From the NCBI GenBank assembly GCA_025934755.1, contig JAICWQ010000001.1, positions 1 through 56,652 on the forward strand: 56,652 bases of DNA, given 5' to 3'. The position numbers were made by a program, and so were the translations under genes. The notes beneath the pieces are model-generated. The model did not search any database. It was given only the letters and a program-made list of their open reading frames with translations, and was not told the DNA's origin. Origin of the DNA: Chthoniobacterales bacterium. GTDB lineage: Bacteria > Verrucomicrobiota > Verrucomicrobiia > Chthoniobacterales > UBA10450. Positions 45,351-53,902 of this stretch are shown in pieces. The first letter of the stretch is position 1, and the number at the start of each line of letters is the position of its first letter.

Positions 45351-46643
45351 TCAAGGTCCGGCGGCGGCTCTTTTTTGTTCCGGATGCGCCATTAATTCGC
45401 GCTGGGATTTCGAATCGCCCGCTTCGAGCATCCGAATCCGCCGGTGGACGTGTGGCAGGCGGATTGTCACGGTCAGGCCTTTGCCCGCGCTGCTTTCAAT
45501 CGACAATTCGCCACCGTGTTCGCGGACGATTCGGCGGACAATCAACAGACCAAGGCCAGTCCCGCTGGTCTTGGTCGTGAAATAGGGCTCGAACACATGG
45601 CTCAAATTTTCTGCGGTCATTCCACCGCCCGAATCCGTGAATCGGACGATCACGTGCGAATCGTCCAGGTCGGTCCGGATTCGCAAAATTCCCCTCGCTT
45701 TCATAGCTTCAAACGCGTTCTTGATCAGGTTATAGAACGCCTGCTTCATTTGGTCGCGATCGAGCTCGAGACGGGGCAAATCCGATCGCAGTTCCTGCTC
45801 GACCACGATGTCGCGGTCTTTGATCTCCGGCGCTAGAAAGCGGACCGCTTCTTCCACAATCGAATTGATGTTCTCCGGTTTAAACTCAGGACGGCTCGGA
45901 CGAATCGCCCGCAAAAACTGGGTGATGATCGAATCGAGCCGGTTTACTTCGGCGCGCGCGACCTCGACCGATTCCTGAAGTTCGGCGCGCTTCGCCCCAT
46001 CGAGCTTGCGCGCTTCGCGTTCGATCAACTGCAAATGAATATTGAGCGAATTGAGCGGGTTTCCGATTTCGTGAGCAACGCCGGCTGCGAGCAGGGTCAG
46101 GGCGTTGAACCGTTCCGATTCTATCGTTTGCTGTTCGGTCCTGCGGCTTTCGGTGATGTCGCGCAGAATGATGGCGTGTCCCACCTGTTTGCCGATAGCG
46201 CCGGGGGCACTTGCCGCGTCGTAGCTCGGCGAAGCGGGGTGGCCCGTCTTCTCGGCGCCGTCGCCTGGATCATCGCGTGATTCGATGATGAGCGGAACGA
46301 TGTAGAAATTGATGAAGCGATTTGCGGGATAGAAAATTTCGATGTCCCGGGTCACCGCGACTTCGTTTTGGGAAAGGGATTTCCAATCCAGACCGCGAAC
46401 GCGTTCGTCCAATCGTTTGCCGATGGAGTCATTTGCTTCCAGGGCGAACAACTGGCAGGCAGCGTGATTCAGGTAGGTGATCCGCCCATGCGAATCGGTG
46501 ACGATGATTCCTTCCTGGATCGAATTGAAGACCGTTTCGAGAAACCCCTTTTCCTGGGCCAGGCGCAGAAAATAATTCTGCACCTCCTCGGGCCCGATCT
46601 TGCCGAGGCGGCCGATCAATTTCTCAACGAAGCCGGCTTTCAC
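45351..46643 (-). CDS. Cytoplasmic PAS-domain sensor histidine kinase (NtrB-like)
   Basis: The PAS region reads SIQEGIIVTDSHGRITYLN. The H-box is AGVAHEIGNPLNSL, the N box is NLIKNAFEAM and the G boxes are DSGGGM and GTGLGL. The start codon is GTG. Confidence 0.9.
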   Translation of the reverse strand: MKAGFVEKLIGRLGKIGPEEVQNYFLRLAQEKGFLETVFNSIQEGIIVTDSHGRITYLNHAACQLFALEANDSIGKRLDERVRGLDWKSLSQNEVAVTRDIEIFYPANRFINFYIVPLIIESRDDPGDGAEKTGHPASPSYDAASAPGAIGKQVGHAIILRDITESRRTEQQTIESERFNALTLLAAGVAHEIGNPLNSLNIHLQLIEREARKLDGAKRAELQESVEVARAEVNRLDSIITQFLRAIRPSRPEFKPENINSIVEEAVRFLAPEIKDRDIVVEQELRSDLPRLELDRDQMKQAFYNLIKNAFEAMKARGILRIRTDLDDSHVIVRFTDSGGGMTAENLSHVFEPYFTTKTSGTGLGLLIVRRIVREHGGELSIESSAGKGLTVTIRLPHVHRRIRMLEAGDSKSQRELMAHPEQKRAAAGP

Positions 46644-46646
46644 AAC

Positions 46647-46738
46647 ATTGCGGATTTCAGATTGTCGATTGCAGATTTCAATTCAGCGCGGACGCGCCTG
46701 CCTTTCAATCTGAAATCTTCAATTTGAAATCGGCAATT
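46647..46738. repeat. Heptamer-word palindrome (GATTTCAGATTG / CAATCTGAAATC arms) between pnp stop and histidine-kinase start
   Basis: GATTTCAGATTG and CAATCTGAAATC are exact reverse complements. The second word pair, TTGCAGATTTCAA and TTGAAATCGGCAA, is near-complementary. The loop is GC-rich. Confidence 0.8.
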
Positions 46739-46743
46739 ACGGG

Positions 46744-48906
46744 TCAGCTTCTGGTCGGTTCGTAATCCTCCGCTGGAGCCGGCTGACCGGTTTCTTTCTC
46801 AGCCCGTTCCTTGAGCGCCGCCTTGCGGGAAAGTTTCACCCGGCCCTTGTCGTCGATGCCGATGCATTTGACCCAGATCATGTCGCCGGATTTCACGACG
46901 TCCTCGGTTCGCTTCACCCGGAAATCGGCGAGTTCCGAAATGTGGACCAGACCTTCCTTGCCTGGAAGAACTTCGACGAATGCACCGAACTCTTTGGTCG
47001 AAACGACGCGGCCCTGATAAGTCGTGCCGATTTCAATTTCCTTGGTCATGCCGCCGATGATTTCCTTGGCGCGTTGCATCGATTCGCCGCTCGTCGCGTA
47101 AATGTGCACCGAGCCGTCGTCTTCGATGTTAATCTCGGCGCCGGTCTCGGCGACGATACCCTTGATCGTTTTGCCGCCGGGACCGATGAGGGCGCCGATC
47201 TTCTCGGGATTAATTTTGATCGTCTCAATCCGTGGCGCGTATTTCGACAATTCAGTCCGCGGTTTGTCGAGCGTCCCACGCATGATGCCGAGAATTTTCG
47301 TGCGCGCTTCTTTTGCGCGACCGATCGCCTCGCTCATGATTTTGTGACTGACGCCGGGCAGTTTCAGGTCCAGTTGAAATCCGGTGACGCCATTGTCCGT
47401 TCCGCACAATTTGAAATCCATGTCACCGAAATGGTCTTCTGAACCGATGATGTCGGTGAGAAGTTCGTACCGCTTCAGTTGTTGATCTTCGCCATGCTCG
47501 GTAACGAGACCGACGGAAATTCCGGCGACAACGCCTTTGACCGGTACTCCTGCGTCCATCAACGCCAGCATTCCGCCGCACACGCTGGCCATGGAGGTCG
47601 ATCCATTCGATTCCATGATCTCGCTTGAGATTCGAATGGCATAACGAAAATCGTTTTCGCTCGGAACGACCGGTTCAAGCGAACGCTCGGCCAGCGCGCC
47701 GTGACCAATTTCACGACGGCTCGCGCCGCCGGTGCGCCCGGTTTCGCCCACACTAAACGGCGGAAAGTTGTAATGAAGAATAAATCTCTTTGATGTTTCG
47801 CCGCCACCGTAGGCGTCGATATTTTGCGATTCCTCGATCGGGGCGAGGGTCGCCAGGGCAAGAGCCTGAGTTTCTCCACGTTGGAAAATGGCTGAACCAT
47901 GGGCCCGCGGAATCACCCCGGCTTCAGCGCTGATCGCGCGTAAATCCTGATAACCGCGTCCGTCCACCCGCTTCTTTTTGTCGAGAATGCTGATCCGGAA
48001 TGCCTTTTTCTGGACGTAATCGAATGCTTGCGAAATCGAAAACGCATCGGTCTCCGGATGTTTTTCCAAAATCGCCTTTTTAACCTCTTCGCGAAGGGTT
48101 TCGACCGCTTTTGCCCGCGCCACTTTGCCTTCGGTGTAAAGAGCGCTTTCGATCCGGTCGCCCGCAACCTGGTAGGCGATGTCGAGCAGCTCCGATTTTA
48201 CTTCGAGCAATGGCATTTGCCGTTTCGGCTTTCCGATTTGGGATGCGAGCTCTTTTTGAACGCGAATCATCTCGCGCGCGTGCTGGTGTGCGAACTCGAG
48301 GGCTTTCACAAAGTCCGCTTCAGGAATCTCATCGGCCGCACCCTCAATCATGATGACGTCGTTCTCAGTGCCGACGTAGATCAAGTCGAGATCGCTTTGT
48401 TCGCGTTCGACGTGAGTCGGGTTGGCCACGAACTGCCCGTTCACCCGGCCGACCCGGACTGCGCCAATGGGCCCGGCAAATGGAATGTCCGAAACGCAAA
48501 GCGCTGCCGAGGCGCCGTTGATCGCGAGAATGTCGGGATCGTTCTGGCCATCGGCGCTGAGCAGGATCGAAATGATCTGGGTATCGTAAAAGTAACCCTG
48601 AGGGAAAAGGGGCCGGAGCGGCCGGTCGATCGCCCGGGAAGTGAGCGTTTCCTTTTCGGAGGGACGACCTTCGCGTTTGAAATAGCCGCCGGGGAATTTA
48701 CCGACAGCCGCCGCTTTTTCGCGATAATCGACGGTGAGCGGGAAATAATCCTGGCCCTCCTTCATTACCGCAGCCGAGACGGCGCTGATCATAACGATCG
48801 TGTCGCCGCATGAAACGATGACCGCGCCGTCGGCGAGCTTGGCGATTTTGCCGGTCTCGATTGATATTTGATTGGCCCCTATTTGGGCTGTGACCTTCTG
48901 TTGCAT
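46744..48906 (-). CDS. pnp: Polyribonucleotide nucleotidyltransferase (PNPase)
   Basis: Two RNase PH domains, a KH domain ([11 protein letters not shown]) and an S1 domain ([15 protein letters not shown]) are present. The gene lies downstream of rpsO. Confidence 0.98.
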   Translation of the reverse strand: MQQKVTAQIGANQISIETGKIAKLADGAVIVSCGDTIVMISAVSAAVMKEGQDYFPLTVDYREKAAAVGKFPGGYFKREGRPSEKETLTSRAIDRPLRPLFPQGYFYDTQIISILLSADGQNDPDILAINGASAALCVSDIPFAGPIGAVRVGRVNGQFVANPTHVEREQSDLDLIYVGTENDVIMIEGAADEIPEADFVKALEFAHQHAREMIRVQKELASQIGKPKRQMPLLEVKSELLDIAYQVAGDRIESALYTEGKVARAKAVETLREEVKKAILEKHPETDAFSISQAFDYVQKKAFRISILDKKKRVDGRGYQDLRAISAEAGVIPRAHGSAIFQRGETQALALATLAPIEESQNIDAYGGGETSKRFILHYNFPPFSVGETGRTGGASRREIGHGALAERSLEPVVPSENDFRYAIRISSEIMESNGSTSMASVCGGMLALMDAGVPVKGVVAGISVGLVTEHGEDQQLKRYELLTDIIGSEDHFGDMDFKLCGTDNGVTGFQLDLKLPGVSHKIMSEAIGRAKEARTKILGIMRGTLDKPRTELSKYAPRIETIKINPEKIGALIGPGGKTIKGIVAETGAEINIEDDGSVHIYATSGESMQRAKEIIGGMTKEIEIGTTYQGRVVSTKEFGAFVEVLPGKEGLVHISELADFRVKRTEDVVKSGDMIWVKCIGIDDKGRVKLSRKAALKERAEKETGQPAPAEDYEPTRS

Positions 48907-49100
48907 ATTATTTTCCTGGATTATGCGAGTTCCAGGTCGGTCACCCTGACTGTAGGTTTTAACCCCGTAGTCCGGCCGCTGCCGGACGCGAAACTAAAAC
49001 CTAAAATCCAAGGTGCCTAACGACCTGGTTGTCGCGTTTCTAACTTTCGAATCGGCGTCGCACGGTGGGTGCTGGGATCGGTCCCGCTGGGCGGGCCGAG
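48907..49100 (-). promoter_or_regulatory. Structured rpsO-pnp intergenic leader (rpsO terminator-like hairpin plus ~100-nt extended stem-loop)
   Basis: Nested complementary pairs are CCAGGTCG (48932-39) with CGACCTGG (49021-28), AGGTTTTA (48953-60) with TAAAACCT (48994-49001), and GTCCGGC with GCCGGAC (48970-87). A GC hairpin lies at ~49078-49100, directly after the rpsO stop. Confidence 0.55.
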
Positions 49101-49364
49101 CTATTTCCGCAGATTCAACTTATCGATCAGCTTTTTGTACCGTTCAGCTTCGGACCGGCTCAAATAGTCGAGCAAACTCCGACGCTGGGCCACCATCTTA
49201 AGGAGGCCGCGGCGCGAGGAGTGGTCTTTGGCGTGGGTCTTCAAGTGTTCGGTCAGTTGCCCGATCCGGCGAGTTAACAGCGCGACTTGAACGTCTGCAC
49301 TGCCCGTGTCCTTCCCGTGCAATTGGAACTGCTTGATATCCAGCGTTTCGGTGTTTTCAGCCAT
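49101..49364 (-). CDS. rpsO: 30S ribosomal protein S15
   Basis: The 87-aa product contains ..[38 protein letters not shown].. Confidence 0.97.
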   Translation of the reverse strand: MAENTETLDIKQFQLHGKDTGSADVQVALLTRRIGQLTEHLKTHAKDHSSRRGLLKMVAQRRSLLDYLSRSEAERYKKLIDKLNLRK

Positions 49365-49509
49365 TTCGAAAGCGCCTAGTCTAGATGAAGATTCCGCCTT
49401 CGCAACTACGGCGTAAACCGGCGGCGGAATTGCATCGGCGACTAAATGACTCAGATGCCCGGGCCATTATGGGCCCGGAACGATCCTTGCCATCGAACCG
49501 GCGACTATT

Positions 49510-49770
49510 CTAGTGGATCATTGCGCCGCCCCATTTGCCCCAGGCCCAGAGCAAAATGATCGCGCAGATTATCGACATGATGAAGCCAGCGGGATGAAAG
49601 GCGGAGCCGGGCGCAGGTTTAGAAAAAGCCCTCCCGATCAAGCCGCCAACTATGGAACCGGCTATTCCTAGAAGGATGCATTTCCACAAGCCGAGCCTTA
49701 GTCCCATAACTAACTCGGCTATCCAGCCCACGATCCCACCGACAATGATCGACCAAATGATGTGTAACAT
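49510..49770 (-). CDS. GlsB/YeaQ/YmgE family small membrane protein
   Basis: The 86-aa product has Gly-zipper TM helices (IVGGIVGWIAELVMG, GIAGSIVGGLIGR). Confidence 0.85.
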   Translation of the reverse strand: MLHIIWSIIVGGIVGWIAELVMGLRLGLWKCILLGIAGSIVGGLIGRAFSKPAPGSAFHPAGFIMSIICAIILLWAWGKWGGAMIH

Positions 49771-49809
49771 GAGGCTGATGCTAAACAGGTTATCGGCCTG
49801 GAGGCGACT

Positions 49810-50080
49810 CTTTTTTCAGGTAGGGCCGGGCCCCGCCTTCCCAGCGGGGTCGTGGGTCAGTGTGATTAATTTGAGCGCCGCAGGCGCGTCCTGTTTATAG
49901 CTTGGGCGGTGATTTTCCGATCGAAGCTCCTTTAGGAGCCCCATACTGAGAAGATGTCGCTCCTGCCGGAGCTTATCTTTTTGGGTAAATGATCTTCTAT
50001 AAACAGGCCGCGCCTACGGCGCTTCCATTGTAACTGACCCACTACCCTTTTTCAGATAGGGTCGGACCGGACCCGCCTTT
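49810..50080. repeat. Composite ~190-bp imperfect palindrome (49854-50040) flanked by ~30-bp direct repeats; MITE/REP-cluster-like
   Basis: IR-L is GGGTCAGT..GAGCGCCGCAGGCGCGTCCTGTTTATAG (49854-49900) and IR-R is CTATAAACAGGCCGCGCCTACGGCGCTTC..ACTGACCC (49997-50040). The inner pair is AGCTCC-TTTA-GGAGC with GCTCC-TGCC-GGAGC. The direct repeats TTTTCAGGTAGGGCCGGGCCCCGCC (49810-39) and TTTTCAGATAGGGTCGGACCGGACCCGCC (50046-80) flank it. Confidence 0.8.
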
Positions 50081-50104
50081 GCTGACGGTTAAGTCCAGGC
50101 AAAC

Positions 50105-50446
50105 CTACTTGCGTTGCCGGTTGGCTTCGTCGATCGCCAGATATTCGCCTCGCGGCGGACTAAATGTGTCGACCACTTGCGTTTCCTCGATGGTTTCGAC
50201 GCCGTGCGGCACATTAGGCGCCAGGTAAAACGAATCGCCTGCCTTCATGTCGTGGGGCGTTCCGTCGACGATCAACTTCATTCGCCCCGAAAGTATGTGG
50301 ACGATTTGTTCCTGGGGATGCTGATGCGCGGGCATTTTACTCCCGGCTTCGAGCGTGGCCAGCATCTGATACATGGTCTTTCCGCTGGCGAGGGTTTGCC
50401 GTTTAATTCCGGGACAAATCTGGACCCACGGGTTTTGGTCTTTCAT
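50105..50446 (-). CDS. Cupin domain protein
   Basis: The cupin motifs are H.H....E (AHQHPQEQIVHILSG) and ..G....P..PH (GDSFYLAPNVPHGV). Confidence 0.8.
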   Translation of the reverse strand: MKDQNPWVQICPGIKRQTLASGKTMYQMLATLEAGSKMPAHQHPQEQIVHILSGRMKLIVDGTPHDMKAGDSFYLAPNVPHGVETIEETQVVDTFSPPRGEYLAIDEANRQRK

Positions 50447-50449
50447 ATT

Positions 50450-50896
50450 TCAGGCCTCGGGTTCGAGCTTAATCCGAAAGTGGTAGGATGAAATGCTCAT
50501 TCGTTTGGAAAAGTAGAACCGATGGGCGTCAAATCGCTGGACGCCGGAATCCAACTCCAGGGTTTCACAATCATTGGCCCGGGCCTGATCGATAAGCCAA
50601 TCGAGCAATCGGCCGCCGTGTCCATGGGAGCGGTCGGCGTCCCGAGTGACCAGATCATCGACGTAAAGGTTCCGGCCCGAAAAAAGCGAATCGAGAAATC
50701 GATAGCCGGCCACGGCCCGGATTTCGCCTTCCGATTCCAGAAACGCGAGCTGATAGTCTTGTTTCTGCTGGCGCTGGACGCGCTCCACGAATTCTTTTTC
50801 GCCGACAATATGCGTGCGCAGCTCGCGCATGACGGGAAAGCAGCGGCGAATTTCTTCCGGCGTGGCAGCCACCGCGATTCGCTCGGTTTTAATCAT
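50450..50896 (-). CDS. GNAT family N-acetyltransferase
   Basis: The acetyl-CoA loop is RSHGHGGRLLDWLIDQA. The gene overlaps the upstream GT2 gene by 4 nt and lies 3 nt upstream of the cupin gene. Confidence 0.85.
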   Translation of the reverse strand: MIKTERIAVAATPEEIRRCFPVMRELRTHIVGEKEFVERVQRQQKQDYQLAFLESEGEIRAVAGYRFLDSLFSGRNLYVDDLVTRDADRSHGHGGRLLDWLIDQARANDCETLELDSGVQRFDAHRFYFSKRMSISSYHFRIKLEPEA

Positions 50897-51600
50897 CTCG
50901 CGGATTCGGTTTCGCGCTTACCGTCGTACCAAATCCCAAGGCCGTCGCGCGAGCGGGCAATCCGCGGACCTTTAAAGATCACGCGAAAGGAATGTTTCAG
51001 AATTTCCAAGGTCGAGTAGAGCCGCAATTTGCGCCCGGACGTGACAATGGGCTCGGCTAAAATCCGAAAACGGCCGAGCTTTCGCAGGGCGAGACTGAAA
51101 TAAACCTCTTCGCCAACAAAAAGATCTTCGTCGAATCCGCCAACCGCCTCGAAATTATTCCTGGTGGTGAACAGAAAAGCGCCCGCCCCGAGGTTTAGCG
51201 CGAAATAGATCGCGCAGAAGAAGTTTAAAAATAATCGCGTGCAAAAAGGGATTTGTTCGATAATGGCGACCCGTGCGCCGCCGCCGGACAAACCTTGTTC
51301 CAACGCGTCGAGCGCGCCGGTCACGTGCCTGCGATTGATTCGCGTATCGGCGTCGACAAAAAGCAGAATATCTCCGTTGGCTGCGCGCGCGCCCGCATTG
51401 CGCGCGGCGGCGATTTGCCGGCGGTTAATCGAAATTAATTTCGCCCCGGCGTTGCAGGCGATCTCAGGCGTTCGATCGGTCGAGGCGTCGTCGACCACAA
51501 TGATCTCATGTGGTTGATCGGCGGCGGCATCCCGAATTGCCTGAAGGGTTCGGGGCAATTCAAATTCTTCGTTGTATGCCGGCACGATAAAAGACAGCAC
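50893..51600 (-). CDS. Glycosyltransferase family 2
   Basis: SFIVPAYNEE..IIVVDDASTDRT and the DAD (DxD) motif in LLFVDADT are present. The start codon is GTG. Confidence 0.85.
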   Translation of the reverse strand: MLSFIVPAYNEEFELPRTLQAIRDAAADQPHEIIVVDDASTDRTPEIACNAGAKLISINRRQIAAARNAGARAANGDILLFVDADTRINRRHVTGALDALEQGLSGGGARVAIIEQIPFCTRLFLNFFCAIYFALNLGAGAFLFTTRNNFEAVGGFDEDLFVGEEVYFSLALRKLGRFRILAEPIVTSGRKLRLYSTLEILKHSFRVIFKGPRIARSRDGLGIWYDGKRETESAR

Positions 51601-51648
51601 GTGTCCATGATAATTCCATTACAGGCCGGCTGCATCTGTCCATTAACT

Positions 51649-51666
51649 GAACCAACGCGTTGGTTC
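51649..51666. promoter_or_regulatory. Perfect 18-bp palindrome GAACCAACGCGTTGGTTC upstream of the GT2-GNAT-cupin operon
   Basis: The sequence was read directly and is an exact reverse complement of itself. It lies ~50 nt upstream of the GT2 GTG start on the minus strand. Confidence 0.4.
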
Positions 51667-51866
51667 CCCCTTGGAGCCCTGCGCATTATTGTTGGGTGAT
51701 ATTTCGGCGAGGCAAACCTCGGTACTGCCGGAGCGGTTCCTGGCCGATCCTGGCCGGCGTGTTCAAGTCTTCCGTGCTTTTCGGTGACGACAATCCGCCG
51801 CCACGTTTTTTGGGGCAGACTCGTTTCGTTAGGCGAATTGTGTGTCGCTACTTAATTAAGTCCCGT

Positions 51867-52313
51867 TCAGGCCTTGAACCTGATGCCGGCTTTTTGCACT
51901 TCGCGATAAGGCAACAGCCAGATCAGCGATTCATCGTGAAGATCGACCACCTGAATTCGGTTGCCCCATGGGTCGCGAAAATCGCAGCGAAACGGTGGAT
52001 CGAGTTTCAATTTGTATTTCTTGGTCAGCTTTTCCCGCACTTCTTCGACCTGGTTGTCGTCGCGGACCATAATTCCGAAATGGCGCACGTTTGCGGGCTG
52101 TGTTTTCTTCACTTCGAAAATCGCGAGGAACTGATGCTCGCCCAGTTTGAAAAAAGCGTCGCCTTCCCCTTCGTCAAGTTGCTCGAGGTTGAAGACATCT
52201 TTGTAAAACGCGACCGCCTTTTCGATGTCGTCCACTTCGATCGCGACGTGATTGCACCCGTAAACTTTGACGCCCGTCCGGCTCGGACCGCTCATTTCCG
52301 AATTTACATCCAT
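51867..52313 (-). CDS. VOC (glyoxalase/bleomycin resistance/dioxygenase) family protein
   Basis: NHVAIEVDDIEKAVAFYKDVFNL and ..HFGIMV.. are typical VOC beta-alpha-beta-beta-beta modules. Confidence 0.85.
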   Translation of the reverse strand: MDVNSEMSGPSRTGVKVYGCNHVAIEVDDIEKAVAFYKDVFNLEQLDEGEGDAFFKLGEHQFLAIFEVKKTQPANVRHFGIMVRDDNQVEEVREKLTKKYKLKLDPPFRCDFRDPWGNRIQVVDLHDESLIWLLPYREVQKAGIRFKA

Positions 52314-52342
52314 TCAGCGAAATTGGAAAACCTCAGACCGGC

Positions 52343-52906
52343 ATGGACGAGTTTAGTTATCTATCGGTCCTACTTTCGGTCATTCTCGGACTGGCGGTGA
52401 CCCAGATTCTTAAAGGATTTCGCGGACTCGTTTTGGCTCGAACGCAGGTTCGCATTTACTGGCCCGTTGTTGCGTGGGCGTTTCTTTGGTTGCTCGCCTG
52501 TGTCCAGAGTTGGTGGGCGATGTTCGGAATGCGGGTTCGTCAGGGTTGGACGTTCGAGGAATTCGCGGTCGTTCTGTTGCAGACGGTTCTTACCTACATG
52601 GTGGCCGGCTTGATTTTTCCCGATCTGTTCGGAGCCGAACCGATCGATCTAAAAGCGAACTTCTACGCTCATCGGCGCTGGTTCTTCCTGCTCGCTTTGG
52701 GTGTGATCATTACCAGCGTGGGCAAAGATGTTGTTCTGACCGGCAATTTGCCGAATGCCCTGAACCTCGGATTTCATATGATCTTTGGGGCACTATTGCT
52801 AGTCGGTGCAATCACTTCGAACGAGCGCTACCACAAGACCAGCCCTGTGGTGAGCATCGTCCTGTTCATTGCCTATATCTTCGTGCTTTTCGCGCGGATC
52901 CAGTGA
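52343..52906 (+). CDS. Hypothetical integral membrane protein (about 5 TM segments)
   Basis: The 187-aa ORF has an ATG start and regularly spaced hydrophobic segments. I recognise no family. Confidence 0.5.
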   Translation: MDEFSYLSVLLSVILGLAVTQILKGFRGLVLARTQVRIYWPVVAWAFLWLLACVQSWWAMFGMRVRQGWTFEEFAVVLLQTVLTYMVAGLIFPDLFGAEPIDLKANFYAHRRWFFLLALGVIITSVGKDVVLTGNLPNALNLGFHMIFGALLLVGAITSNERYHKTSPVVSIVLFIAYIFVLFARIQ

Positions 52907-52920
52907 CAGCCGCTCGCCCG

Positions 52921-53328
52921 CTATTGCTGTAGACGCCGCAAAGCTTCGATCATTTCTTCGCTTCGGCTCCGAAGTTCGTTGAAATGCACTGCGGCTAATT
53001 CGTTCGTTAGCTTTTCGCCGTTGGGTGTTAATTCCAAATGCCGTTCGCGACGATCGTGTTGGCCTTGCTGTCGCCGGATCAGTTTTCGTTCGACCAGGCG
53101 ATCGACAATATTAATGGCTGAATGATGTCGGACTTGGAGGCGCTCGCTCAGTTGGGAGATGGTCAGGCTCCTACCGGGGAAAACTTTAACTGCCAGCAGG
53201 GCTTCATATTGTTCAGGGCTCAACCCGGCGTTCGCCCGGAGGTAGTCCTTACTGAATCGAAGAAACTTGCGGCCCAAATAACGGAGTTCGGCCAGGGCCT
53301 CGTAACCTTCAGTCGGTAATGGATTCAT
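52921..53328 (-). CDS. MarR family transcriptional regulator
   Basis: The winged-helix region reads LSPEQYEALLAV..LTISQLSERLQVRHHSAINIVDRLVERKLIRRQQGQHDRRERHLELTPNGEKL. The track start at 53349 is TTG, so the ATG at 53328 is preferred. Confidence 0.9.
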   Translation of the reverse strand: MNPLPTEGYEALAELRYLGRKFLRFSKDYLRANAGLSPEQYEALLAVKVFPGRSLTISQLSERLQVRHHSAINIVDRLVERKLIRRQQGQHDRRERHLELTPNGEKLTNELAAVHFNELRSRSEEMIEALRRLQQ

Positions 53329-53351
53329 GTGTGAGGTTCTGCCGGGCAAAT

Positions 53352-53364
53352 ATCGATTATCGAT
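53352..53364. promoter_or_regulatory. 13-bp palindrome ATCGAT-T-ATCGAT in the MarR/prepilin divergent intergenic region (candidate MarR operator)
   Basis: Two ClaI-type hexamers are separated by one base, so the 13-mer is its own reverse complement except for the central base. It lies between the MarR ATG (53328) and the prepilin-like ATG (53401). Confidence 0.4.
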
Positions 53365-53400
53365 GTGTTGGCATCAGGGATGCTTATTTCTCTCCCAATT

Positions 53401-53799
53401 ATGAGATTCGCCACAAAGTCGCACAAAGGATTCACCCTAGTCGAGATAATGATCGTCGTCGCCATCATCGCCCTGTTGGCGGCTATTGCCGTTCCAGGAT
53501 TTCTTCGCGCCCGGAAGCGCTCCCAGGCCTCAAGAATTTTGAACGACCTTCGCATGATCGATTCAGCCGTCGATCAATACGCCATCGAAACCAATCGAAA
53601 GACCGGTGATTCAGTCGGGGTGGCGGACTGGACGAACTACGTGAAGAAAAATTCGCTTCTTTATAATACCGGCAGCAGCCTTCTCGGCACCGCTTACGGC
53701 ACCCAAACTGTTGATAGCATTCCGCAAGTGCCAGCAAGTGATCTAGCCGTCTTGTCCGACGTCGCCAACACCGGCTTCTGGTCCCCATACGGACCGTAG
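53401..53799 (+). CDS. Prepilin-type N-terminal cleavage/methylation domain protein (GspG/pseudopilin-like)
   Basis: The leader and processing site are MRFATKSHKG/FTLVEIMIVVAIIALLAAIAVPGF, a class III signal with conserved Glu at +5. The ATG at 53401 is preferred over the track start at 53365. Confidence 0.85.
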   Translation: MRFATKSHKGFTLVEIMIVVAIIALLAAIAVPGFLRARKRSQASRILNDLRMIDSAVDQYAIETNRKTGDSVGVADWTNYVKKNSLLYNTGSSLLGTAYGTQTVDSIPQVPASDLAVLSDVANTGFWSPYGP

Positions 53800-53902
53800 A
53801 CGGTCATTGATTCGCGCGGGTCCGCCCAAATGATCCGCCATCCTGCGGAGGGAGTTGGAAACCAATCCATGGGCGAACTTTTGAGATTCTTCGGCCGGAT
53901 TT

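Noticed and set aside
843-52400. Many long antisense ORFs in the track. Examples are 843..1577, 5027..5695, 10578..11270, 15484..16122, 18767..19741, 21713..22213, 22550..23107, 34744..35478, 43310..43915, 44574..45125, 48028..48813 and 51660..52400.
   Set aside because: Each lies opposite a gene with unambiguous family motifs. Each has Arg/Gly/Asp-rich, motif-free sequence typical of antisense frames in GC-rich DNA, and several start at non-ATG codons.
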